NCBI RefSeq assembly: GCF_018350175.1
Contig: NC_058372.1
Location: forward strand, 620,001-684,000
Direction of reading: 5' to 3'
Length of the DNA stretch: 64,000 nt
Source of the DNA: Felis catus
Lineage: Eukaryota
The notes beneath the pieces are model-generated. The model ran no database searches, had not been told where the DNA came from, and was given only the letters and a program-made list of their open reading frames with translations. The translations under genes were made by a program, and so were the position numbers. Of the stretch, positions 48,237 to 60,665 are shown piece after piece (the first letter of the stretch is position 1; every line of letters starts with the position of its first letter).

Positions 48237-50473
48237 CACGTACTCAGCCATTCCCCAGGTGCCGAGGACTTACACATCCCGTGTCTAAGGGTCACGGCTT
48301 CGGCTCCGCAGTAAAACAGGTGTGACATTTCCTTTCAATGGCGTCCTGAAGTTACTACCCTAAGCCCTTCTTTTCATCCTCCTTTCCCGAACTGTTATGT
48401 GTCTTTTTCTGGCTAATTTGTAAAGATTCTGTGTATACATGAACACGTTTAGAGGCAGGAGCATGTGCACATGAATCATACTTCCAGGAATCCCGGAGTT
48501 ATTGCTCTGGTAACGAACTATCGCCATGAGCAGACAGAAGGCAGCTCCAGCTCGTACTGGTCACGAGGTGGGTCTAGCTGAGGTGGGTCTAGCTGAGGAC
48601 AGGGCTCTGCAGCAGGGGCTGCGTCTGCAGCTCGCCGGCCGGTTAGGGCCCTGCACACCCACAGCTACCTGACAGTTTGTCTTATCAGGGGTTGTTGATT
48701 CTCACATATTCAGCAGGGCGTCTGGGATTCCATGCACCCGGGACCATTCTGATCTCTCCCAGCCACAGAGAAAGTCTCCAAGGAGAACGACCAACGTGAC
48801 TGTTTCTCTACTACACGTCTCTTGTTACCACAGAGCAGCCCCCAATCTCTCGATTGACCCCTTAGTGCTATACCTGAATTGAGGGCAAATAAACACAATT
48901 TGAAGTATTGTCATTAAGTGTGAATATTTAAATCTCCCAAAAGTAGGCAGATTTATTTATAAATAAAAGTGTTTGTCTTTGCCATAACATTCCCTTTCAC
49001 AGATATTGTAATTTCATAGAATTTATAAAATTTTTTTCTTCATATTGAATATGAAGTTTTTATCTGTTCTGAAAGCACAGCTGAAAATCTGGGTAATTTT
49101 TAAAGTGTGAAAATATTGGCCATGCTTTCCCTATATTCATAATAGTTATCGATTTATAAAATATTATCAAAATCCTTATTGGCTTTAATTCTAGAGACTA
49201 CTTCAACATACTTACAATGTGTTATTGTTTTATAAATGTGGTTTTATAAAAAAAATAAATGCTTTTAACAGAGATTAATCCTAAGCAATTATTTTAATAC
49301 AGATAAGTAACTCTAGCTGAATATGGTAAGTTGAATGGAATGATTTAAAAAAAAATGACCTCATTGGAGGAAAAAAAACATGATCTACTAAGAAGACATT
49401 GACAAGGTGCCTTAGGTGTTGTTTATACAAACTAGTGCTTCTATTTCTCTATTTATATGATAGAATTTGATTGACATTTGATGGAAATTGGATTAATTGT
49501 GGTCAGAGTTAAATAAAATATTTTTATAGATGGATTAGGACAGCCAAATACCTAATCAGCAGTATGATTACCCAAATCATTTAAAATGTTATAATTTCAA
49601 ATAGACAATAAATGAAAGCCCTAATAAAAATGGTATCCTTATGTCCCCAATAAGATTAAAAAATTTAATATTTTCTATATATTTTCTACATTTTTAGCAG
49701 TCATACCTAGAGGTATCCATGATTATCAGTTTGTGTACATTTATCCAAAAACATTTAAAAATACTTTAAAGTAAAAATATATAGATATTAATGGTTTTAA
49801 ATTTACATAAATAATATTAAACTACATGTATCACACTAGTTTAAGAACTAGTTACAAAGATATTCAGATTATTTAATCATATGCATGTATCTCATTTTAT
49901 TAAGAATATTTATATTGTCTCAAGTTTTTTACTCTTTCCAACCATGCTGCAATAAACGTTCTTGTGTGTAGATGCCAGCTTTTACCTACTTTTGTGGGAA
50001 TGATTCTGTGTGGTCAATAACTACATGTGGAAGCCTTCAGGTAAAGGAGATGCCCATTAGAAACTACAGAAATCCACTGACATGGCAAAGATTTCCTCAG
50101 GGAACCATATTGATTCACAACCCCACCTTGACTGTATGAGAACCTCATTGCTTATCCTCCATTCAACCCACGATGTAGCCAGATTTGAATGCCAGAAACT
50201 GTGCCCAGCTAAAATGCTGCAAGTACCCATTGCTTCTGCATGCAACTGTTGAGAAGATTGCATTGTTTTTCTCCTATTATAATCTATTACATACTTCCTG
50301 TGTCAATAGATTTTCTACCTTGAAATAATATCTGTGTTCCTGGAATAAGCTGGCTTTGTCTGTGATATATTGTTTTTAGAATATTCCTTCTATATTCAAA
50401 ATGTCTTTTGAGAATTTTTATAAAAATTATGTAAAATGTAAAACTGTATTTGAGTTTATAATGGAGATTGGTT

Positions 50474-50686
50474 GGGGCGCCTGGGTGGCGCAGTCGGTTA
50501 AGCGTCTGACTTCAGCCAGGTCACGATCTCGCGGTCAGTGAGTTCGAGCCCCGTGTCGGGCTCTGGGCTGATGGCTCGGAGCCTGGAGCCTGTTTCCGAT
50601 TCTGTGTCTCCCTCTCTCTCTGCCCCTCCCCCGTTCATGCTTGTCTCTCTCTGTCCCAAAAATAAATAAAAACGTTGAAAAAAAAA
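50474..50686 (+). mobile_element. Young felid-type Can-SINE
   Basis: TSD tataatggagattgg (50457 / 50687). Confidence 0.95.
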
Positions 50687-52134
50687 TATAATGGAGATTG
50701 GCCAATAATATCATTTTCTTATGTCACCTGTGTTCTGTTTATGCATAAAAATTTTACTAGTCTCATAAAATCAGTGGGGCAACTTTCTATTTCTTATTAA
50801 ATTTGGAAGAGATTAAATAAGCCTGGAATTAATGGTTCTTTGAGTTTTCTAGAAGTCACACAGAACAGATCCAGCCTTGTGATGCTGAGGGTACACTGTT
50901 GGACATTAGTAATCCTGAGCTCATTAAAAAAAATATACTGTTCTACTCAGGATTTTTCCTTCCTGGGAATTTTGACAATTTATATTTTTCTGTAGAAAAT
51001 TATTCATTACATTTAGATTTTTAAGTTATCGGCTCAACATTCTTCCTGAAATGATGTGTTGTGGCATTAAATCCCTTTTATACTGTGTCATTTTTTATCT
51101 TAATGATACTTACTCATGTAAATAGCCAGAGGTTTACCATTTTATTAGTTTTATCAAAGAACCAGCTTATTATTTTATTGGTCAAATCTATTTAATTGTT
51201 GTATTAATGTGTTCTACTTCATTCATTTCTCCTTTTATCTTTATTATCTCCTTTATTCTATTTTCTTTGGGTTTATTTTGTTGTTCTTCCCTTAATTTGG
51301 TATTTTGAATGTTTAGCCTCTGTTCTCCCAATTTACCAATAAATGCATTTAAATCCATAAATTCTCTTTGAGTACTGCTGCAATACACACGTTTCTATAC
51401 ATATTTTGAAATTTAGCTATAAATGCCTTTTAATTTTAATTTTTATTTCTTCTGTAACTTGAATTTATTTAGGAATGTGGCTTTTGGACTCTAAACTCAT
51501 GGGATGTTGACTATGATTTTGTTAATGCTATCTATTTTATTTTTTTGACTGTCACTTTGTTCTTGATTTCTTATTTTACTATATGGCATCAGTAAATATA
51601 ACCTGAGAAAAATCCTTTAGAATCATTGGTTTGTCATTTTCACCTCGTGGCTCTGAAAGATTTGGCTCTATCTTAAGGCTTGTTGTTTTAACTTAATAGC
51701 ATAAATGAGAAATCACTCAAAATCGTTCATGGGGAAAACAAATTGGTAAAAATAATAACCTAATTCAGCCTATGACAGATCAAAGATGTATCTTGTAATG
51801 TCTAAGCCACTAAAAGAATAAGACTTTAACGTAATGCCAACAAGCTTGAAGGTGAGGCAAGTGTTATAATAAAACTATTTGATTAATTATAAAAACATAA
51901 ATGCAGTAGAAGAAAAGGCAAGCAATAAATTGGACAAATAGAAGCTGCATAGAAAAATAGTAGCCACCAACTCCAGCAATTATATAAATTATATTATTTA
52001 AATTATGGGTATCAATTATATAAATTAGTATATAAAGTACATTATATAAACTATATGTATAAATTATATAAATGTAAATGGCCCAAACTGTCCAAATAAA
52101 TAAAAATATTTTCAGAGTACTGTTTTTTAACTAA

Positions 52135-52237
52135 AAAAAATTTTTAAGTAGGCTCCATGCCCAACGTGGGGCTTGAACTCATGACCCTGAGGTCAAGAGT
52201 CAGATGGTCCACCCACTGAGCCAGCCAAATGCCCCCG
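52135..52237 (-). mobile_element. Short Can-SINE
   Basis: gtaggctccatgcccaacgtggggcttgaactcatgaccctgag. Confidence 0.85.
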
Positions 52238-53204
52238 GAGTGCATTTTTTTTAGAGACTAAGATAAAAACTACATATAAGATGCAGGGTAAAGGTTAAAA
52301 AAAGACATACCCTGTGACGGTAGACAGTAGGAAGTTGAAACATGCTAATATCACATGACAGAAACTTTAAGGGAAGAGTGATTACCAGTAATAAGGAAGG
52401 ACTTTTCATCATGCTAAAATATTTAATCAGCCTGGAAATTATAACACTCCAAGATTCATATACCTCCTGTAACATAGCTTCAAGGTATGAAGCCAAATCG
52501 GACAAGTAGCAAAGGAATGAGAGAAATCCACAGTGGAGTTGGGTGAATCACTGGTAGAAAGACACACAAACATGAGTGATACACAGGGAATATAGTTAAC
52601 ACAACAAAAACCACCTCAGACGTGCAGAGAGGACACTCAAGCCAATGAGTTTATACGAACGTTTTTGAAGCATACACAGAACATTCACAACATGTTGACC
52701 AAATATTGAATAATACAGCAAGTCTGAACACATTCCACAAGCTTAAAAGCACATGAGCATTTATTTTGAGAAATATGAAATCAAGATAGAAATCAGTAAC
52801 ACATACTGGACAAAGGATTACTGTTTTTCACATATGAACATTTCAAACATAGTACACAGAGGTAGGAGAGGATAAGATAACCCACCAACGTCCAAGTCAA
52901 CATTCGCAATTATCAACATCACGCCAATTTTGTTTCAAATATTTCCTCCCACAGTTTTTGGTTTTTTTCATTTTGTTTTGCTGTAGTTTTTAAAAGTAAA
53001 TCTCAGGCATTGTATCATTGCAAACATTAATAATATAGAAAGAAAACGAACAGTATTTGCTTACCATAATCCATCAGCCCATGTTCAGATTTTCTTAAAT
53101 GGTTTTTGTCTTTGGTTTGTTCCAATCAGGATCCAAAAAACTTCCACTCCTTGCATTTTGTTGGTGTTTCTCATGTGCGGACGTTTCCGGTGGAGGGCAG
53201 GTAC

Positions 53205-53350
53205 CTGGCATCTGCAAACACTGAACTCTGCAGGTACGGCCCCTGAACCCCGTGTTGGTGAGGGCTGGGGGGGTCTCCACTGAGCCTCATGTACACAAAT
53301 AGGCAGTAGGCAGATTTGGCCCAATGTTTAGAGTTTGCAAACCGACCTGT
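53205..53350. mobile_element. MER58-like hAT DNA transposon relic
   Basis: gcaaac...ggcagatttggccc...agtttgc ends. Confidence 0.5.
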
Positions 53351-53707
53351 GGCTTGCATTCTGCAAGGAGACAGGTTAACCTAGAAGAGGTGATGGCATG
53401 CTCTGATTTTGTAACTTGGTATAGACAATAACTCCAAGAGTGAGACAATTAATAAATTCCTTTTCAAACTGTCTCTCTGCCTAGATTTCCTTGTCATTAA
53501 GCCCTGGGCTGCCTGTCTTATCTTCTGCTGGTTCGTCTATTATTGAATGAGATAAACTGTAGCTCATTCTAAAAATCTATTTGAGAATTTTGCTCTCAGA
53601 ACATGCTGCTGACTGTGTTTTTATGTAAATAGGAGGTGAACAATTTATGTGTGTGATTTAAAGATAACAAGCATAAGTGTTTGGGAATCTCTCTTTCTCT
53701 CTCTGTC

Positions 53708-54300
53708 TTTTTTTTTTTTTGTCTTTTTATTTAAATTTTGGTTAGTTAACATACAGTGCAATATTAACTTCAGGAGTAGAATTCAGTGATTCCTCACTTA
53801 CATACAACACCCAGTGCTCATCCCAGCAAGTGCCCTCCTTAGTACGCATCACCATCTAGCCCAACTCCCCCCACCTCCCCTCTAGCAACCCTCAATTTGT
53901 TCTGTATCATTACGAGTCTCTTGTAGTTTGTTTCCCTCTCTTCTTTATTTTCTTCCATATCTTCGTCTGTTTTGTTTCTCAAATTCCACATGAGTGAAAT
54001 CATATGGTATCTCTCTTTCTCTGACTGACTTACTTCACTTAGCGTAATGCCCTCTAGTTCCATCCACATCAATTCAAATGGCAAGATTTCATGCTTTTTG
54101 ATCGCCTAGTAATATTCCATTGTGTACGTATACCATATGTTCTTTATTCATTCATCAGTCATTGGACATTTGGTCTCTTTCTGTAATTTGGCTATTGATA
54201 ATGCTGCTATAAACACTGGGATGTATGTGCCCCTTCAAAACAGCACTTTTGTACCCTTTGGGTAAATACCTAGTAGTGTGATTGCTGGGTCATAGGGTAT
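53708..54300 (-). mobile_element. Carnivore L1 3' end
   Basis: gttaacatacagtgcaatatt...attgctgggtcatagggta. Confidence 0.9.
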
Positions 54301-55037
54301 AGGGGTTACTCTTAAATATAAATCAAAAGTTACTGTTTACATCACTTATGCTGATTCAAACCAAAGGAGAGGCTTTCACAAAGAAAAATAAAATTACCCC
54401 TCTGAAAAAATCTCACAAATTAGAAAGAAACCTGAACACCATATTTGTCCCTTCCCAGTGGACACTCTCTGGTATTGTTTGGTCTTTTCACTTTCACTTT
54501 ATTTATCTCAGGGACAGAGAATGCAGGGAATCAGAACTAATGGGAATGAACCTTCCTGGAAGTCATGGCTGGTGCCCCACACTGGTCCTTGCTCACTTTG
54601 GAGATGAGAGGTTCCAGCCTCTGCTCCTGGCCTCCAGGTGAGTAGACTGAGGACAGTAGCACAAGGGTGGTTTTTAAGGTCACATGGAGTGAGCTTAAAC
54701 TGCCCTTTTATACACTCAGAGTTCGGTAAACGTGGTTGTCATTATGGTTGGTGGCGCTGTCTGTGCTGGTGCAGAGGAAAGTGCACTCCAGAGTCTCCCC
54801 AACACCACATGGCACAGGCTTGGAGGAGCAGAGTTAGTAAAGAATGTCTCCCTATAACTAATATTCAGGAACATGCAGTAGAGAAAATACTGAGGGTAAG
54901 TTAATTCGTGACCATGTAGATATTTAAAACAAACATTAAATGTTCTAGAAGATGCATTTTTGGTACTTTTTATATATTCAACTGCTTTCAAAACATATAT
55001 ATGTTTTCATAACATAATCTTTCACGGGAAGGGACTT

Positions 55038-55039
<2 letters not shown>

Positions 55040-55080
<41 letters not shown>
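55040..55080. repeat. (GT)n microsatellite
   Basis: Directly visible. Confidence 0.97.
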
Positions 55081-55081
<1 letters not shown>

Positions 55082-56262
55082 TTAGTGGAAAGAAAAAGGC
55101 TAAAATAAAATAAGCCAAATGTTTACATTGGCTGGATTCAAGGAAGATAAATGGATTAAATTTTCAATTTTACACTTTTATATATTTTATAAATTTGCTT
55201 TGAAAAGCATGTATTATATTTGTTTTAACAAAAGGTCTACATTTAAATATTTTAGTATCTGTATTATACATACATTACATATTTATTGAAGAAACCTTAG
55301 AAACAAGGATAAGAAAAACATCTGCAATATGAACGCCTGGAGATTCTACTGTGAACATCCCATTGCAATCCGTTCAGATTTATAAAACTAAACAAAAATG
55401 GTCATGGTATACAAATCATTTTTAACTTACTTTAATAATCACTCTTTTTTCTGGATTGATCATCATTTCTAATGCCTGCCTATAATTTCTGCCTATTCCA
55501 TAGCATAATTGTTCCCCAGTTAGTTTTGCTTGTTCTGATTATTCCCATTGTCAATTACTATGCACATGTCTAAATATGAACCACAATGCGTTATGTGTGA
55601 ATTAATTGGACGGTTTTTGGTAAAGTAGGGATATCTGGAAAACACATCTTGGTCATTAGTGGACGTGACTATTGTCCCCTGATAGAATTATCACATTAGC
55701 ACATTCTTTTTTTCTTTTACCACTAACTGACAAGCAAAACTGCATGTATTTAAGGTGCACAAGGTGATGAAGTATTAGCACAACTGAGTTATTGACACAC
55801 CCATCACCTCAAATAGAGATTGTGTGTGTGGTGAGAGCACTTCAGATTTGCCCTCTCTGCACATGTCAAGTGTACCATACAGTGCTGCTAACCAGGGACC
55901 ACACTTACATCACACCCAGGACTAGTCATCGTGCACAGTGATTGGGTCACACAGCTACGCTTGGTCCTATGACAGCTGCTGCCTGAGTTGTTAGCAAACC
56001 CTCCTGCATCCCAGCACCTGTGAGGGCTGCGTGTTGGTGCCTCAGGCAATGCCTCTCCAGGCGCCTGCAGCTACTGTGTTGTGACCATGTTCATTTCCTT
56101 TGAGAGATAGTGTGTGGCTCATTTCCAAGCATAAGGAGCCAGAATTCATCTGTACATATGCAAGTTTTGTAAATTATATAAAAATCTTTTAAATTGTTTA
56201 TGTTAATTATGTTTAGTTCATTTTTATCTTTCTATCCTATAATTTAAATATGATTCTTTTTT

Positions 56263-56484
56263 GGGGGCGCCTGGGTGGCGCAGTCGGTTGGGCGTCCGAC
56301 TTCAGCTCAGGTCACGATCTCGCGGTCCGTGAGTTCGAGCCCCGCGTCGGGCTCTGGGCTGATGGCTCAGAGCCTGGAGCCTCTTTCCGATTCTGTGTCT
56401 CCCTCTCTCTCTGCCCCTCCCCCATTCATGCTCTGTCTCTCTCTGTCTCAAAAATAAATAAACGTTAAAAAAATAAATAAATAA
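56263..56484 (+). mobile_element. Young felid-type Can-SINE
   Basis: TSD taaatatgattct on both sides. Confidence 0.95.
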
Positions 56485-57014
56485 ATATGATTCTCTTTTT
56501 AAAAGCATTTTCACCATGGAGACTGATAAAAATTTCCCACTTTTTTCTTTTAATGTTCTGAAACGTGTTTGCTTTCTTTTTTTGCATGCTTACATATTTT
56601 ATAGTACACGCAACTCACAGAAAGAATTAATTCCATGTCATGTAACAATAATTACAGTTGGAATGCTTAAAACATTTTTTATGGAAGGAAATAATGTGTT
56701 TCATGGAATTATTAGGGATTTGAGAGTCATGTGGGGCAGACATATGTGGGAACACTTTCCCCAGGGACTAGGGCAGAGAGTCAGATGGGACCCTCGGGGA
56801 CTGGAAAATGACTAAGACTGCAGAATGAGAATTTGCCAGACTTCTGAGATATAATCTGGCAATTTATACACTAAGTCTAGATGAACATATTTTGGAAAAC
56901 CTGTCTAGTGTTGGACTCACATATTAAACATTTTTGGTAGCCAACTTCCTTCCAGAATTTGGCAATCAGAACTTAGGCTGTGAGTACAGAGGTGTCTCCA
57001 AAATTGCAGCCACT

Positions 57015-57224
57015 GTTACCACAGAAGGTCCTAACACAGGCTGCAGGGCTCACAGTGTTATCACAGAAGGTCCTTACACAGGCTGCAGGGCTCAGAGCGT
57101 TATCACAGAAGGTCCTTACACAGGCTGCAGGGCTCACAGTGTTATCACAGAAGGTCCTTACACAGGCTGCAGGGCTCAGAGCGTTATCACAGAAGGTCCT
57201 TACACAGGCTGCAGGGCTCACAGT
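57015..57224. repeat. Minisatellite, 5 x 42 bp, alternating variants
   Basis: Unit gttatcacagaaggtccttacacaggctgcagggctca(c/g)ag(t/c); copies start at 57015, 57057, 57099, 57141 and 57183. Confidence 0.97.
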
Positions 57225-57267
57225 GTATGTTTCTTTCTTTCCTCTTGGGTTGTGTGTGCATCTTTTC

Positions 57268-57478
57268 TTTTCTTTTTTTTTTTTTAACGTTTATTTTTGA
57301 GACAGAGACAGAGCATGAACGGGGGAGGGGCAGAGAGAGAGGGAGACAGAATCGGAAGCAGGCTCCAGGCTCCGAGCCATCAGCCCAGAGCCCGACGCGG
57401 GGCTCGATCTCACGGACTGCGAGATCGTGACCTGAGCCGAAGTCGGACGCTTAACCGACTGAGCCACCCAGGCGCCCC
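57268..57478 (-). mobile_element. Young Can-SINE immediately after the OR10AL stop codon
   Basis: Perfect 15-bp TSD tgtgtgcatcttttc (57253-57267 / 57479-57493). Confidence 0.96.
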
Positions 57479-57491
57479 TGTGTGCATCTTT

Positions 57492-58484
57492 TCAAAGAGC
57501 AGATCTGCACAGTCCTTCGGTACCTACCCGCGAGTTAAAGCTTTTTTTCCAGAGGGTTCTCCAGAGAGCCGCCTTGACCTCCTTGTTCCGCAAACTGTAG
57601 ATGATGGGGTTGAGCATGGAGGTTACCACTGTGTAGAAGAGAGCTAGGAGCTTATCTGTTCCTGGCGAATGGCTGGCCTTGGGCCTCAGGTAGGTGACAG
57701 ACCCTGAGCCGTAGAAGAGCGTCACTACAAGCAGGTGGGAAGAGCAGGTGGACAGAGCTTTCCGGCGGCCTTCAGGTGAGGGCATGATCAGCACAGCAGC
57801 TAGGATTCTGCCATAGGAAGCGATGATCAGTAGAAATGGGCTGGATATGCAAAGAACGGCTACAACAAAGACCGCGGCCTCGTTACGGGATGTATCCCCG
57901 CAGGCAAGAGCCAGGATAGGGGGGAGGTCGCAGAAGAAGTGGTCTATTTCACAGGGGCCACAGAAGTTCAAGGAGAAAATATAGTTGGTCTGGCCCAAGC
58001 CTACCACGCAACCCACTGCCCAGGAAACCACGGCCAGCTGGGCACAGAGCCCACGGCTCATTCGTGTCGCGTAGTGTAGTGGGGAGCATATGGCCATGTA
58101 GCGGTCAAAAGCCATGGCCGCCAGAAGACAGCACTCACTGATGGCGAACAGCGTGAAGAAGAACATCTGTGTGGCACACCCCTCGCGGGAGATGCCCCGG
58201 GCCTCACTCACAAGGCTCTGAAGCATCTTGGGTATGACCGAACACGTGTAGCCAATCTCCAAGAGAGACAGATTGGCCAGGAAGAAGTACATGGGTGTGT
58301 GGAGGGTGGGGTTGGTGCAGATGGCCAGGGCTATGAGAGCGTTGCCCGTCAGGGAGGCGAGGAACATGAGCAGGATGAGGGTGAATAGAAGCAAGCACTG
58401 CTCGGCCGCGGCAGAGAACTTGGCGAATGCAAAGTGCTTGACAGACTCGCTGTTGTCCTGCCACTGGGAACAGCTGAGGTTCAT
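57492..58484 (-). CDS. OR10AL1: Olfactory receptor, family 10 (OR10AL subfamily), 330 aa, intact 7TM core
   Basis: N-terminus CSQWQDNSESVKHFAFAKFS matches the recalled mouse Or10al subfamily. Motifs LHTPMYFFLANLS, MAFDRYMAIC, KALSTCSSHL, SMLNPIIYSLRN. A 92-nt 5'UTR intron (GTAAGA ... ccccttcccAG) lies at 58488-58579. Confidence 0.75.
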   Translation of the reverse strand: MNLSCSQWQDNSESVKHFAFAKFSAAAEQCLLLFTLILLMFLASLTGNALIALAICTNPTLHTPMYFFLANLSLLEIGYTCSVIPKMLQSLVSEARGISREGCATQMFFFTLFAISECCLLAAMAFDRYMAICSPLHYATRMSRGLCAQLAVVSWAVGCVVGLGQTNYIFSLNFCGPCEIDHFFCDLPPILALACGDTSRNEAAVFVVAVLCISSPFLLIIASYGRILAAVLIMPSPEGRRKALSTCSSHLLVVTLFYGSGSVTYLRPKASHSPGTDKLLALFYTVVTSMLNPIIYSLRNKEVKAALWRTLWKKSFNSRVGTEGLCRSAL

Positions 58485-58751
58485 GACCTGGGAAGGGGTC
58501 AGCAGGCAAGGATTCGTTCAATATAAATACAAATCTACCTCTAAAGAGCACTAGTACGCCAGGTAGGTACATTTCTTACCTGCAAATCTAAAACTCAAAG
58601 TTTGGAAGTTATACTCGCCCTCATGCCTTTATGAACCAAATCCTACTCTGTGTTCACAATACCAGCTGATCTGCTAAAAAATACACCTGGTTACCAAGCA
58701 TGACATTGAAAACAAACATTAACTCCAGCTCATTTCCGTCTTCATCTAGTC

Positions 58752-59538
58752 TGACCCGGGAATTGCACTACTAGGTATTTATCCAAGGGGTACAGGTGTG
58801 CTATTTTGAAGGGGCACATGCACCCCAATCTTTATAGCAGCACTATCAACAATAGCCAAAGTATGGAAAGAGCCCAAATGTCCATCGACGGATGAATGGG
58901 TAAAGAAGATGTGGTATATATATACAATAGAGTATTTCTTGGCAATCAAAAAGAATGAAATCTTGCCATTTACAACTACATGGATGGAACTGGAGGGTAT
59001 TATGCTAAGTGAAATTAGAGAAAGACAAAAATCATATGACTTCACTCATATGAGGACTTTAAGAGACAAAACAGATGAACGTAAGGGAAGAGAAGCAAAA
59101 ATAATATAAAAACAGGGAGGGGGACAAAAACATAAGAGACTCTTAAATATGGAGAACAAATGGTTACGGGAGAGGGTGTGGAAGGGAGGATGGGCTAAAT
59201 GGGTAAGGGGCACTAAGGAATCTACTCCTGAAATCAATGTTGCACTATATGCTAACTTGGATGTAAATTTAAAAATAAATAAACTATTTAAAAAAAAAAG
59301 TCTAACTCATAAACTAATTAGTGAAGATTTGCTCTTAGCAGAATCTTCTCTGGCCATCCAAGAGCACAGCACAAATTTCCTTCTGTTTTATTCATGGAGT
59401 TCCCATACATTTAATCACTGAGCTTTATCATAAGTATTTTATGGGGCCAGAGACAGGTGAGTGGTTTCCAATGTTCTTATACATTTTATTGTATCCTATT
59501 GAATAAAAGGTTATTTCTGGTAAAAAAAAAAAAAAAAA
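58752..59538 (+). mobile_element. L1 3' end (58752-59299) plus probable 3'-transduced segment and second poly(A)
   Basis: L1 tail at 59290-59299, about 220 bp of non-L1 DNA with AATAAA at 59502, then A17 at 59522-59538, all inside a ~75-bp direct repeat. Confidence 0.85.
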
Positions 59539-60475
59539 GAAATACACCTGGTCACCAAGCATGACGTTGGAAAAAAAATTAACTCCAGCTCATTTCTGTC
59601 TTCATCCAGTCTGCTAATCAGTCTTCAGATACCACCAAAGGTCCTCTGTACCAATCCTTCCTTTTCCCCATTTCTGTTGTCACTGAGTCCTTCACACACT
59701 TACTCAGCACGTGTTTACTGAGCACAGAGATTCTGCCTTTCCTGCTGCAAGTCCTGAGATTCAACAATGAAAAACAACAACCCATTTCTTCCCAAATGGG
59801 ACTTATTCAGTGAAAGAAAGTAGAGATTAAATAGCTATCCAGTAAATAAATAACTGCTGTTCTGCAGAGAATTAAAGCCAGTGTGTCCTGGGGGCTCTGT
59901 GGGAACAGCAGGAGCCCGTACCCACTCTCACACCACGTCTACACTGCATGATGCGTTCACTGCATTGAAGTAACAGACTACTCTCCTGGTGATTCTTCTC
60001 ATCTGCCAGGCTTTCCCTGTCACAGGATTCTTTGCTAAATGACCACTGCCTTCAAGTTACAATTCAGATGTCTTATTAACGTCATTCATGCAAACCCATG
60101 GATTGGCTCAGTGACTATGACAGAGACGTTTGCCCCTTAACCAGAAGCCTCCTGTGACTGTCCTATCGAACCACACGCACTCACACCTTTCTTGCATGTG
60201 TTTCCTTTGTGCTGATTTTCTCGCAGGGACTTGACCTCTGCCGCCCTGACTGTCCACCCAGTGAAGCGCCCACTGCGTTCAGGCTGCAGGATGCATCTTC
60301 TCCTCTCTGGAAACTTCTTCCTCACTCCTGCTCTGCCTTGTCCCCACAGCGGGTGTGGACATGTCCCTGCGTGTGTTCCCACCACCTGGTAACTCACACT
60401 CCTCCAAGGCAACTGCTCATTTCTTCCTGAGCGGAGCCTCGGACACAGACACGGAGTGCAGAATTGTATTTATCA

Positions 60476-60665
60476 GGGCGCCTGGGTGGCTCAGTCGGTT
60501 AAGTGTCTGACCCTTGATTTAGGCTCAGGTCATGATCTCACAGTTCGTGAGTTCGAGCTCTGCGTTGGGCTCTGCACTGACAGTGCAGATCCTGCTTAGG
60601 ATTCTCTGTCTTTCTCTGCCCCCCCCTCCTCTCTCTCTGTCTCAAATAAATAAACATTTAAAAGA
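60476..60665 (+). mobile_element. Can-SINE
   Basis: TSD aattgtattta on both sides. Confidence 0.93.

Larger units (their letters stand above)
49150..52800. mobile_element. Old, highly decayed L1M fragments in both orientations
   Basis: AT-rich; tagccagaggtttaccattttattagttttatcaaagaaccagctt (minus) and ORF2-start-like sequence at ~52240-52800 (plus). Confidence 0.6.

Noticed and set aside
47124-48251. 375-aa minus-strand ORF
   Set aside because: Antisense shadow of the GC-rich OR2 coding sequence; no independent protein features.
48566-48595. 15-bp tandem duplication gaggtgggtctagct downstream of the OR2 gene
   Set aside because: Ordinary slippage duplication with no sign of function.
57015-57224. 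CRISPR-like array or repeat-protein ORFs
   Set aside because: Head-to-tail units with no unique spacers in mammalian DNA. The ORFs arise only because the 42-bp unit lacks stops in some frames.
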